A DNA stretch of 43,134 bases from Leptospirales bacterium. GTDB lineage: Bacteria; Spirochaetota; Leptospiria; Turneriellales; JAOUFE01. Shown piece after piece: positions 7,975 through 17,562 of the stretch. Within the stretch, counting starts at the first letter, position 1; each line of letters starts with the position of its first letter. Position numbers and translations under genes: made by a program. The notes under the pieces were generated by a model that saw nothing but the letters and a program-made list of their open reading frames with translations, had not been told where the DNA came from and searched no databases. The stretch covers positions 1 to 43,134 of the forward strand of contig JBEQLE010000034.1 of assembly GCA_040326155.1 (NCBI GenBank), in the 5' to 3' direction.

Positions 7975-9081
7975 TCAGTCGCGAGCGCGCGCCTTCGGGC
8001 CACCCGGATTCTGTTTGATTTCTTTGTGCAATGCCTTTAGTAATGTATGAGCAGGAGCCCCTTTTAATTCACTAAGGTACGCAGTTGCCATGGCTAAATT
8101 TTTTAAGATATTTTCCATATAGGGAATATTGGCCAGGGCCCACGCGCGTTCAGCAAGTTGAAATTTTTCCGCAGCTTTTTTGGCTGCCGGCCTGACTTCT
8201 TTGGGTTCCATAAAGTCACAGGGAACCAGAGAGAATACTTCGTCCACTTCACATTCTGTTATTTTTGAAAATGCCTGTACTGCATGCACCGTTGCTTCCG
8301 TAGCCATGTGGTAACTGTTTTGTTTCTCTTTATCTCGCCATTGGTCCCGGTTTAGAATTATTTCATAACAAACTTCTTCTGTAGAGCGCGCGCTTTTATG
8401 TATTAAGCCATGCCCGTCTGGCAGGCGATAGCAAAGCTGTTCGCCATTTGGTACTTCTTTATCAAAATAACTCGGGGGCAAAAGCCATTTGATAAAAGCA
8501 TCTGTAACTTTTTTCAACTCCAGCGCTATATTCATGTACCATATATCTTCTGTTAATACAGGTCTTGTCTTTTTGTTTGTTTTATGCTTCGCTGTTTTAA
8601 TTGCGGGTGGCTCAGAACTTCGCGAGATTTTTGTAACAGGTTTCGGTTGGACCGGAACAATAGGTTTCGGTTGGACCGGAACAATAGGTTTCGGTTGGAC
8701 CGGAACATCTTTCTTGCCTGTTTTTTTCTCGAACTCTTTTAAAAATTCATCCAGACCGCACCACCTGCCAGATTTAACAGTTGCCAGTTTTTTATGGGCT
8801 AAACAGTCGCATTTATATGTAGAAGGATTGGGGCACAGGGCGATTAAGCGTTTTAGTTCATCCCAGGCTTCCCGGCTACATGGTTCCTCGTAATAGTTCC
8901 AACTTTCATCTCCGGGTGGTCCCCAACGTTGTTCGGTATAGATACCAACTCCATGAAATTGACAATGGGGACATCCGGTTAGATTCATTGATCTCTCATC
9001 GCAATATCCATCATATGGCAATTCCAGAGAGGTGTTTGCCATGGATACTGTGGCGTTACATTTTGAACATTTAGAAGCCAT
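7975..9081 (-). CDS. Hypothetical protein: Cys-rich N-terminal domain, Pro-rich linker, helical C-terminal domain
   Basis: CSKC...CPHC...CPNPSTYKCDCLAH; (VPVQPKPI)x3 linker; ATG 9081 is the likely start. Confidence 0.75.
   Translation of the reverse strand: MASKCSKCNATVSMANTSLELPYDGYCDERSMNLTGCPHCQFHGVGIYTEQRWGPPGDESWNYYEEPCSREAWDELKRLIALCPNPSTYKCDCLAHKKLATVKSGRWCGLDEFLKEFEKKTGKKDVPVQPKPIVPVQPKPIVPVQPKPVTKISRSSEPPAIKTAKHKTNKKTRPVLTEDIWYMNIALELKKVTDAFIKWLLPPSYFDKEVPNGEQLCYRLPDGHGLIHKSARSTEEVCYEIILNRDQWRDKEKQNSYHMATEATVHAVQAFSKITECEVDEVFSLVPCDFMEPKEVRPAAKKAAEKFQLAERAWALANIPYMENILKNLAMATAYLSELKGAPAHTLLKALHKEIKQNPGGPKARARD
8638..8707. repeat. 24-bp in-frame tandem repeat x3
   Basis: AGGTTTCGGTTGGACCGGAACAAT repeated; encodes VPVQPKPI on the minus strand. 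Confidence 0.95.
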
Positions 9082-9107
9082 ATTTATTTCAGAAAGAATA
9101 TTTTTCT

Positions 9108-9671
9108 TTAACAAAACCGGTTGTAGAATTCTATTTTAGTGTTAAGTCGATTCGCCAATATTGTATTTGCTTTTCCTAAAGATTGAAGTATAACCGACGC
9201 TTCGGCTTTATATTTCACAATTTTATCTTTTTTCCAATGGGAGGGCGGGGGCTGGAGGTTTGTAATTCGATCTGCCAGTTTCACCATCCAGACTTCCTCG
9301 GGTTGTTCTTTAATTCTAGTAAGACTATCCTGCATTTTTTCTTCTTTCGTTTTGAATTGACTATTCTTGGTTAATGCCAAAACACCTGAAGCAACGGCTT
9401 TTCCAAATTCAGTTTCAATAGTTTCATACGTAATTTCAGTATCCTCAATTGTATCGTGCAATAAAGCGCATTGAACTGCTAAATCTGGTTTTTGAATGGA
9501 CTTACTTTGTGCAATGGCGCTTATTACTTCCATGGCTACATTTGATATATGATTAATATAGGGTATATCGGAACCGGGAATAGATTGCCCGTTGTGTGCT
9601 TTACATGCAAAATTCCATGCTTGAATATATTTATCTTGATTCCACATAGCCGTCATCTTTCCATAATACAT
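9108..9671 (-). CDS. HD-domain protein, RelA/SpoT-type small alarmone hydrolase (Mesh1-like)
   Basis: AHNGQ..PYINH, ALLHDTIEDT, VKLADRITNL; start may be 9656 or 9647. Confidence 0.85.
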   Translation of the reverse strand: MYYGKMTAMWNQDKYIQAWNFACKAHNGQSIPGSDIPYINHISNVAMEVISAIAQSKSIQKPDLAVQCALLHDTIEDTEITYETIETEFGKAVASGVLALTKNSQFKTKEEKMQDSLTRIKEQPEEVWMVKLADRITNLQPPPSHWKKDKIVKYKAEASVILQSLGKANTILANRLNTKIEFYNRFC

Positions 9672-9959
9672 ACATATATTTTACATTGGAGCGAACTGGG
9701 GCCGTTGGTCAAGTTAAAAATGGTTTTGTTTTCATTCGAAAATAGTTATATTACAGAAAATTTAGAAAATTATATTTATAGATAAGAAATAATACCCTAT
9801 CTGCATGCCGATAATAATTATAGGAGTAATATACCAGAATAATGTGACGTTATTGAATTCCAATACGCCTGAAAGATAGATTATTCATGGTATTTTCGTT
9901 GTTAAAAAAGATTTTATGGTGAATCGATCAATTAATACGTCTAATAAAAGAAAAAAAAT

Positions 9960-11294
9960 ATGCCCGAATCGTTTGATATAATATTAAGTCATACCCCTCG
10001 AATACTGCAAGAAAAGATGCAGAATCAAGTAAGCTCTCCAATAGCACCCATGTTGGATGAAACCGAAGCGGCTATTTTATTTTGTGATATAGCAGGTTTC
10101 AGTAAACTAACAGATAAAATTACCTCGAAAAATGCGGGTGGTATCGATGAACTTGTTGAGATACTCGATGCTTATATAGGCCTTATGGTTGATATGATTA
10201 TGGATTTTGACGGTGATATTGTAAAGTTTGCCGGGGACGCTTTGTTTGCCATTTGGCCGGTGTCTAAAAGTAATAACCTGGAAAAGGTGCTTGCTCAGGC
10301 CATGAAGTGTGGTCTGGAACTTAAAGATAAAGCCAACAGGTTTTCGATTAAAGGTCAAACACTTGATGTTCGCATAGCGCTGGGAGGCGGACCTTTTACA
10401 GTATATTATGTAGGCGGCATATTCGGTCGATGGGAATTATTGCTGACTGGTGAAGCCATGAACCAGGTCGCCCGGGCCGGTGGGTTGGCACAAGCTGGCG
10501 AAATGGTTATTGCAAAAGAGCTACAGACCATACTGGCCCTTTTTTATAGTACATCGAAAATGGAAAGTGCCGAAACACTAAGCCTTGAAATGGACGATAA
10601 TCAGTTAAAGTCTATCTCTCCTGTTCCAGTTACTGAAACTTTAATAGAGCCATATACCGCCAGAGTTTCTGCTGAAATTAAACCCACATGTGAACCGGCT
10701 CTTCGCGCCTATTTACCCAGAGCGATTTTAACGGAAATTGATGAGAACACAACTCCACACCTGGCTGACTATCGTCCGGTTTCTGTTATTTTTCTGAAAG
10801 TATTAGGCCTGAATTTTGTAAAATCTTACAACCTTGAGTATGTAAATGACATTATGCAGATTATGCAGCGTTGCTTATATCAGTTTAAAGGCAGTATAAA
10901 CAGGTTTGGCTTTGATGACAAAGGGGCTGTTCTTTTAGCCGCTTTCGGACTTCCACCTTTGGTACATGAAAACGACCCTTACAGGGCGGTCAAAGCGGCT
11001 ATAAAATTTCGAGATCGATTCAAGAAAAATGATCTGGAGTGTGTAATCGGAATTGGGACAGGACCGGTTTTCTGCGGAACGGTCGGTTCAAGTCGACGAA
11101 GCGAATATACCATGCATGGAACTATTGTAAATATGGCAGCAGCCTTAATGCAAGCTTCGCAATCCATTTTATGCGATCAAACCACGTATGACGACACGCG
11201 CAATGATTTTGAATATAAAATCGCCACGCCCGTAAACATCAAATCGCAAAAAGAACCGGTTGCAGTGTATACTCCGCTTTATTCCAGCTCTTAA
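9960..11294 (+). CDS. Class III nucleotide cyclase with two tandem catalytic domains (soluble AC-like)
   Basis: C1: LFCDIAGFS..VKFAGDA; C2: FDDKG..AFGLPP..HEND..GPVFCGTVG..RSEYTMHG..VNMAAALM. Confidence 0.85.
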   Translation: MPESFDIILSHTPRILQEKMQNQVSSPIAPMLDETEAAILFCDIAGFSKLTDKITSKNAGGIDELVEILDAYIGLMVDMIMDFDGDIVKFAGDALFAIWPVSKSNNLEKVLAQAMKCGLELKDKANRFSIKGQTLDVRIALGGGPFTVYYVGGIFGRWELLLTGEAMNQVARAGGLAQAGEMVIAKELQTILALFYSTSKMESAETLSLEMDDNQLKSISPVPVTETLIEPYTARVSAEIKPTCEPALRAYLPRAILTEIDENTTPHLADYRPVSVIFLKVLGLNFVKSYNLEYVNDIMQIMQRCLYQFKGSINRFGFDDKGAVLLAAFGLPPLVHENDPYRAVKAAIKFRDRFKKNDLECVIGIGTGPVFCGTVGSSRRSEYTMHGTIVNMAAALMQASQSILCDQTTYDDTRNDFEYKIATPVNIKSQKEPVAVYTPLYSSS

Positions 11295-11481
11295 TACAGG
11301 TCGATTATTCCCTGTCCGGTTGAGCTGGATTTCGCAAAGACATTTTGATTTATTTGGTAAAAAAATATCTTTTTCCTTGATGAAATGACTTGCAGCTCAG
11401 CTCTTCACTTATATTGTAAAATTTCATAAAAGTTTTATAGTTTGTTTTAAAAACGTCAAAATATGTATATATTGGAGATGT

Positions 11482-14400
11482 ATGAAAACTTATAAAGTGG
11501 GTATTTTACATTCTCAGACCGGGACGATGTCTAATAGCGAGCGCCCACTTATAAGTGCGACCCAGCTTGCTCTAAAAGAGATTAATGCTTCTGGCGGTGT
11601 TCTGGAACACAATATAGAACACGTTATTGCCGATGGTGGCTCAAAAGCTGAAGTTTTTGCAAATAAAGCGAACCAATTATATAAGGACGGCATTGAAAAT
11701 ATTTTCGGATGCTGGACCTCTTCAAGTCGTAAGGTAGTAAAAGATGTTGTAGAAAAAAATAATCAGCTTCTATGGTATCCCGTTCAATATGAGGGTCTGG
11801 AAACATCTAATAATATTGTGTATACGGGCAGTTGTTTAAACCAGCAAATTGAACCAGCCTTGAACTGGCTTGTAAGCAAAGGTTATAAAAATTTATACTT
11901 AATCGGGTCAGACTACGTTTACCCTAAAATTGCGAATCAATTGATACATGGTTTATCGAAACGGCTGAAAATAAATATTTTAGGGGAAGATTATAAACTT
12001 CTGGGTGAGAGTGATTTCAATAGTTGTTTTAAGGCAATAAAAAAGGCAATTAAAAAATCGGGACCATGTATTATTTTTAATACACTAAATGGCGACAGCA
12101 ATATCGGTTTTTTTGACCAGTATCGATTGATGGGTCTCGACCCTGAAAAGTACCCGGTCATGTCCGTCAGTGTGGCAGAAAATGAGCTGGAGTATATTGG
12201 CAGCGCTGCAAATAATCACTATTTATGTTGGAGCTATTTTCACTCTCTGGATACACAAGCAAATAAGAATTTTGTTCAAATGTTTACAAAGCAATACCCT
12301 GAGCATAACACGACATCTGACCCGGTGGAGGCTGCTTATTCTCAGGTTTATCTCTGGAAAGATAGCGTTGAAAAAGCCGGCAGTTTTCAAATCGACAGTG
12401 TCAAAAATGCGCTACCAGGCGCCAGTTTTTCGGCTCCCGGTGGAGAATATGAAATTTTACCCAATCATCATATGAAAAAAAAGGCGATGATCGCAAAAAT
12501 ATCTCCCAGGGGTAAAATTGATATTGTCTGGCAAAGCGCCCCCATTGAACCATTACCCTGGCTCGGCGTAGAAAATGCCAATGTTGAAAACCTGGATGCT
12601 ATTATTCATGTTCTGGGGGAGTTTTCAACAGAAGTGCAAAAAACGGGGACTCAGGGTGTGTTAACCAGAGCTCTTAAAAATTCTGAAAACAGGTTTAAGG
12701 CATTGTCTGACGCCAGTTTTGAAGGGGTGGCAATTTCTGAAAACGGAGCTATCGTCGATTGCAACCGGGCGATGCATGAAATGTTTGGGTATACGAAAAA
12801 AGAGATTATCGGGTTGGGCCCTCATAAGCTGGTTCATCCTGATAGTCTTGACGATGTCATGAAAAGAGTGGGTTCTAACCAGATTGATTATTACCGCGCT
12901 AAAGGGGTGAACAAAAAGGGAGAGGCATTTACCATTGAAATTCAGGCAAGACCGATTGAATACATGGGTAAACAAGCGAGGGTTACAACCATTATAGATC
13001 TTACGGAAAAAGAAACAAGGGAACTTGAACTAATTCATGAAAAAGAGAGGGCCCAGAAATACCTGGATACCGCTGGAGTAATGCTTATAGCAATTGACTT
13101 AAATGGTATTGTTAATATGATTAATAAGAAAGGGTGCGATGTTCTGGGCTATAAAGAAAACGAAATTGTAGGTAAAAACTGGTTCGATAATTTTCTACCA
13201 GAGAAAGTCAAGAAAGCGGTACTAAAAGAGTCTAGTGATCTTTTAGCGGGAAAAAAACCTCCGGTTTCTAGTTTTGAAAATCCTGTGCTGACAAAAAGCG
13301 GCGAAGAGCGTTTAATTTCATGGCACTCCCAGGAGTTATTGGATGACAATGGTAAAAAGACTGGCCATCTAAGCTCAGGTGAAGATATTACAGAAAAGAA
13401 GGTGCTGGAACAAAAACTTCTATTGTCCCAGAGAATTATTGAGAGTACCAGCGATGCTATCGTTATTACAGATACAGCAGCCCATATAATTGATATAAAC
13501 CCGGCTTATACCGAAATTACCGGTTTCAAAAAAGAGGATGTAATGGGGAAAAACCCCAGGTTCTCAAAGTCGGGCAGGCACAATAAAGCTTTTTATAAAA
13601 CTATGTGGGACTCCATTCTTAAAACAGGCAGTTGGTCGGGAGAAATCTGGGACCGCCATTCGAATGGGGAGGTTTACCCAAAGTTGCTAAGCATTAATAC
13701 TCTGCATGACGAGAACCGGAAACCTCAAGCTTACATTGGAATTTTTTCAGATATATCCATGTTGAAACATACCGAAGAGCAACTACACCAGGTGGCTTAT
13801 TACGATCCGCTTACAGGGCTTCCCAACCGAAGCCTTTTTCGTGACCGTTTGAAACATGAAGTCGCTACTTCAAAGCGTCTGAATACAGAATTTGCGCTTC
13901 TATTTATTGACCTGGATAAATTTAAGAATGTGAACGATACACTCGGACACAATATTGGAGATGCACTTTTGGAGGTTGCCGCCAAACGAATTAGTTCAAG
14001 GTTGCGTGATAATGATACTGTTTCGAGATTGGGTGGAGATGAGTTTACTGTTATTTTAGCAGACATAGATTCGGAGCAACATGTTGCAAATGTAGCTACC
14101 GATTTAATCGAGATTTTGCAAGATCCCTTTCAACTATCCGGATCGGAAGTTTTTATTGGGGCCAGTATTGGTATTTCCATATACCCAAAAGATGGTGAAG
14201 AGTTAGATACGTTGACAAAATTTGCAGACTTGGCGATGTACCAGGCAAAGAATGCCGGGCGAAAAACATTTCGGTTTTTTACAGAGAAAATGAATAGAGA
14301 AGTACAAAAGCATATTGAAATTGAAAGAAACCTCCGCAATGCAATAGAGAGAAATGAACTGGAGCTTTTTTATCAGCCGCGAACGCAACTTAAAAATGAT

Positions 14401-15123
14401 AAAATTGTCGGGTGTGAAGCGCTTTTAAGGTGGAAAAACAAAGATGGTGTATTTATTACGCCAGATCAATTTATACCGATAGCGGAAGAGACCGGCCTGA
14501 TTATCCCGATTGGAGACTGGGTGATAAAAATGGCCATTCAACAAAGTGAAAAGTGGTTAAGAGAGGGTCATGAAGATCTATTGATAAGCGTCAATGTGTC
14601 GGCCAAGCAGTTGAACGATAAGAATTTTGTTCAGAAAGTGATGGACATGATCAAGTGGAGTTCAACGCAACCCAAAAATATAGGTTTTGAAATTACAGAA
14701 AGTACATTGATGGCAGATCCGGATCGGGCTATTGAAATACTCGAAGAGTTGAAAACAATAGGTTTTGAAATTTCAATTGATGATTTTGGCACCGGGTATT
14801 CCTCATTGAGTTATCTAAGAAAATTTCCTATTGATACGTTGAAAATTGACCAGTCTTTTGTGCGAGATATTTTGGAAGATAAAAACGATGCCACAATTGT
14901 AGTCACCATTATTTCAATGGCTTTTAGTCTGGGCTTGAATGTTGTCGCAGAAGGTATAGAACTTGAAGAGCAAAAGCAATTTTTAAAGAAACACAACTGT
15001 CACTATGGTCAGGGTTTTCTGTTTGCAAAGCCCTTGAATGCCCCGGATTTCGAAAAATTGTTAATCGTATCTAAAAAAAACGTGACACAACCCGATTCAA
15101 AGGTCGAATATACAAAAGATTAA
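11482..15123 (+). CDS. AmiC/UrtA-like binding domain + 3 PAS + GGDEF + EAL c-di-GMP enzyme
   Basis: KVGILHSQTGTM..FGCWTSSSRK..LWYPVQYEG (UrtA/AmiC), PAS repeats, SRLGGDEF, CEALLRW, DDFGTGYSS. Confidence 0.92.
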   Translation: MKTYKVGILHSQTGTMSNSERPLISATQLALKEINASGGVLEHNIEHVIADGGSKAEVFANKANQLYKDGIENIFGCWTSSSRKVVKDVVEKNNQLLWYPVQYEGLETSNNIVYTGSCLNQQIEPALNWLVSKGYKNLYLIGSDYVYPKIANQLIHGLSKRLKINILGEDYKLLGESDFNSCFKAIKKAIKKSGPCIIFNTLNGDSNIGFFDQYRLMGLDPEKYPVMSVSVAENELEYIGSAANNHYLCWSYFHSLDTQANKNFVQMFTKQYPEHNTTSDPVEAAYSQVYLWKDSVEKAGSFQIDSVKNALPGASFSAPGGEYEILPNHHMKKKAMIAKISPRGKIDIVWQSAPIEPLPWLGVENANVENLDAIIHVLGEFSTEVQKTGTQGVLTRALKNSENRFKALSDASFEGVAISENGAIVDCNRAMHEMFGYTKKEIIGLGPHKLVHPDSLDDVMKRVGSNQIDYYRAKGVNKKGEAFTIEIQARPIEYMGKQARVTTIIDLTEKETRELELIHEKERAQKYLDTAGVMLIAIDLNGIVNMINKKGCDVLGYKENEIVGKNWFDNFLPEKVKKAVLKESSDLLAGKKPPVSSFENPVLTKSGEERLISWHSQELLDDNGKKTGHLSSGEDITEKKVLEQKLLLSQRIIESTSDAIVITDTAAHIIDINPAYTEITGFKKEDVMGKNPRFSKSGRHNKAFYKTMWDSILKTGSWSGEIWDRHSNGEVYPKLLSINTLHDENRKPQAYIGIFSDISMLKHTEEQLHQVAYYDPLTGLPNRSLFRDRLKHEVATSKRLNTEFALLFIDLDKFKNVNDTLGHNIGDALLEVAAKRISSRLRDNDTVSRLGGDEFTVILADIDSEQHVANVATDLIEILQDPFQLSGSEVFIGASIGISIYPKDGEELDTLTKFADLAMYQAKNAGRKTFRFFTEKMNREVQKHIEIERNLRNAIERNELELFYQPRTQLKNDKIVGCEALLRWKNKDGVFITPDQFIPIAEETGLIIPIGDWVIKMAIQQSEKWLREGHEDLLISVNVSAKQLNDKNFVQKVMDMIKWSSTQPKNIGFEITESTLMADPDRAIEILEELKTIGFEISIDDFGTGYSSLSYLRKFPIDTLKIDQSFVRDILEDKNDATIVVTIISMAFSLGLNVVAEGIELEEQKQFLKKHNCHYGQGFLFAKPLNAPDFEKLLIVSKKNVTQPDSKVEYTKD

Positions 15124-15143
15124 TGTCAGGCTAATTCATCTCA

Positions 15144-16580
15144 TTATATAATAGTATAGATCTGAATAATATCTGTGGTATAGGCCCGGCTACCGCGAGA
15201 AGCCGCCAGGATAATTGTTTTATCGTTCTTTTTGAACCCATACTTCTTCTTCAATATCTCGTTGGCATGAGAAACCATCTCGGGAAAGGTAATCGACTGC
15301 GGTACAATATGGGGAATTACACCACGTAGCATACTCATTTTGCGTGCTGTAATTTTGTAAGGCGTAAAGGACACTATCTGGGTATTCGGTCGAAACTGTG
15401 CTGCCAGACGAGCCGAGGCGCCACTGCGAGTAAAATTAATGATAACTCTTGCTCCGATAGAATCGGCAATATTTACTGCGGCTGTTCCCAGAGCGAGCTC
15501 ATCTTGTACCTGCTCAATGTCACCCGGTTTAATATGAGGGGGAGCAAAAAGATTTTCGGCCTCCGCTATAATTTTACTCATGATGGAAACGGCGCGTACA
15601 GGGTAAGACCCGGCTGCGGTTTCACCCGAAAGCATAACGGCGTCGGTGCTGTCCAGAACAGCGTTTGCAATATCGGTGGCCTCAGCTCGAGTGGGGGAGG
15701 GGTTTTCAATCATCGATTCCATCATGTGCGTTGCCGTAATTACAACCTTGCCACGCAGGTTTGTCAGCTTAATCAGTTTTTTCTGGATAATCGGAACCTT
15801 CTCGGTTGCAATCTCAACGCCAAGGTCGCCTCTGGCTATCATAATTCCATCGGAGATTTCTATAATATTATCGATATCATCCAGAGCCTCGGGTCGCTCT
15901 ATTTTAGCGATAACTCCAATGTAGGTGGGACTCTTTCGAGAATAGAGTAGTTTTTTAATGGTTTTAATATCTTCAGCAGACCGAACAAAACTAAGCGCTA
16001 CATAATCTACTCCAAGCTCCATGGCAAATTTCAGATCTTTACGGTCTTTGACAGAGAGAGCGGGCAGGTTAATTTTTGTTCCGGGTAAATTAATTCCTTT
16101 ATTTTCTTTTATTGCGCCACCGGACAACGTTTGCAATAAGACCTTTTCTATTTTACCTTGAGTGGTTTTTTCAAGTACGCGAAACCTCACCTTTCCATCA
16201 TCCAGTAAAAGCATATCTTTTATTTGCAGGTCTCGAACAATTCCAGGGTAGGTACAACCCAGTTCGTCTCGGTCTCCTACATGTTTTGGGTTATTATTCA
16301 GCCAGATTTTATCTTTTGGTTTCAAGATAAATGGGCCATCTTTTAATTTCGTAGTACGAATTTTCGGTCCCTGTAGATCAGCCAGAATACCTATGGGCTT
16401 TTGCGCCCTTTTTTCCACCTCTCGTATATTTTCAAAAACCTGTTTATGAAACTCATGATCGCCATGAGAAAAATTCATCCGAGCCACGTCCATGCCGGCC
16501 TTAACTAACTTTTCAATTGTTTCTATGGTTTTTGAGGCTGGTCCCAGGGTACAAATAATTTTTGTTTTTTTACGGCGCAT
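15144..16580 (-). CDS. pyk: Pyruvate kinase
   Basis: TKIICTLGPAS, RMNFSHG, DLQGPKIR, IAKIE, MIARGDLGVE, MLSGETA. Confidence 0.97.
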   Translation of the reverse strand: MRRKKTKIICTLGPASKTIETIEKLVKAGMDVARMNFSHGDHEFHKQVFENIREVEKRAQKPIGILADLQGPKIRTTKLKDGPFILKPKDKIWLNNNPKHVGDRDELGCTYPGIVRDLQIKDMLLLDDGKVRFRVLEKTTQGKIEKVLLQTLSGGAIKENKGINLPGTKINLPALSVKDRKDLKFAMELGVDYVALSFVRSAEDIKTIKKLLYSRKSPTYIGVIAKIERPEALDDIDNIIEISDGIMIARGDLGVEIATEKVPIIQKKLIKLTNLRGKVVITATHMMESMIENPSPTRAEATDIANAVLDSTDAVMLSGETAAGSYPVRAVSIMSKIIAEAENLFAPPHIKPGDIEQVQDELALGTAAVNIADSIGARVIINFTRSGASARLAAQFRPNTQIVSFTPYKITARKMSMLRGVIPHIVPQSITFPEMVSHANEILKKKYGFKKNDKTIILAASRGSRAYTTDIIQIYTII

Positions 16581-16663
16581 ATCTGAATCAATATAGTAAA
16601 ATACGTTCAGTTTTACAATCCTTTTAGAACAGAAATAAACGGATATGGAATTTTTGGTAGATG

Positions 16664-17293
16664 TTAAAACGACCAGCCAATATCAATTCCAGTAATAATA
16701 CTAGTTCTCAAATTGAATAGTGATATATACCCTTGGTCAAAGCCTACTCGGTAACCAAGTTTAAGACCGATCGTAAAACCACTTTTCAACACCCAATGGT
16801 GGCCTGTTTCGAAACCCAAATACCACATTCTATCTGTATAATTAGGATTACCATTATTATGTTCATAATAATAATCTTCACTGATATAAGCGTCTTTAAT
16901 CTGAACCATTGAAATGGTTGGGGCAATCCAAAATCCATTTAATGCGGTTACTCCGGTCTTTTTGTTGAATGCCCCCAGCATAAATCGATAGCCCAGTCCC
17001 ACATCTAGCTGGCTTGCATACGAACTCCATGCCATAAAGGGTTTAGAGCGGCGAAAGTTTAAGTTTAAATGTGATCGTTTGCCAGTTGCTATATTAACCT
17101 GCAAGTTATAATCCAGATCTCTCCAAAAGCCTTCATAAATGCCGGGTATTGCATTCCATACTGTGTATATAGGGTGCATAGTGTAAGCAATCGTAATTTT
17201 TTTTTCAGCTACCTCTGTAGTGGCCTTTGCGTAATATCCACTGGTCAGCGTTATTGTTACAAGTAAAATGAATAATAGTTTTATGTGTCTCAT
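16664..17293 (-). CDS. Exported, probable outer-membrane beta-barrel protein
   Basis: Signal peptide, alternating beta strands, C-terminal GIDIGWSF aromatic end. Confidence 0.6.
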   Translation of the reverse strand: MRHIKLLFILLVTITLTSGYYAKATTEVAEKKITIAYTMHPIYTVWNAIPGIYEGFWRDLDYNLQVNIATGKRSHLNLNFRRSKPFMAWSSYASQLDVGLGYRFMLGAFNKKTGVTALNGFWIAPTISMVQIKDAYISEDYYYEHNNGNPNYTDRMWYLGFETGHHWVLKSGFTIGLKLGYRVGFDQGYISLFNLRTSIITGIDIGWSF

Positions 17294-17562
17294 GTTATTT
17301 CCTCTTTTATATTCTTTAAAATGTAGTCCGTTTTATTTATTTTCTGAAAATAGAATAGCATAGATTATATGCAAAGTCTTCCGTACTTATAAGTAATGAA
17401 TAGTTTTTTTCTGTAAACGCAGTTTAGTATTCGCCTTACTAAATTCGATTATCTTTTTTAGCTTCGTTTGGGTTTGACTTTTTGACAATAGACCGTACAA
17501 TGACATTGTGACTAACGGCGTTATAATTTTTGCTAAGGCAATAGACTATTAAAGGGAATACC

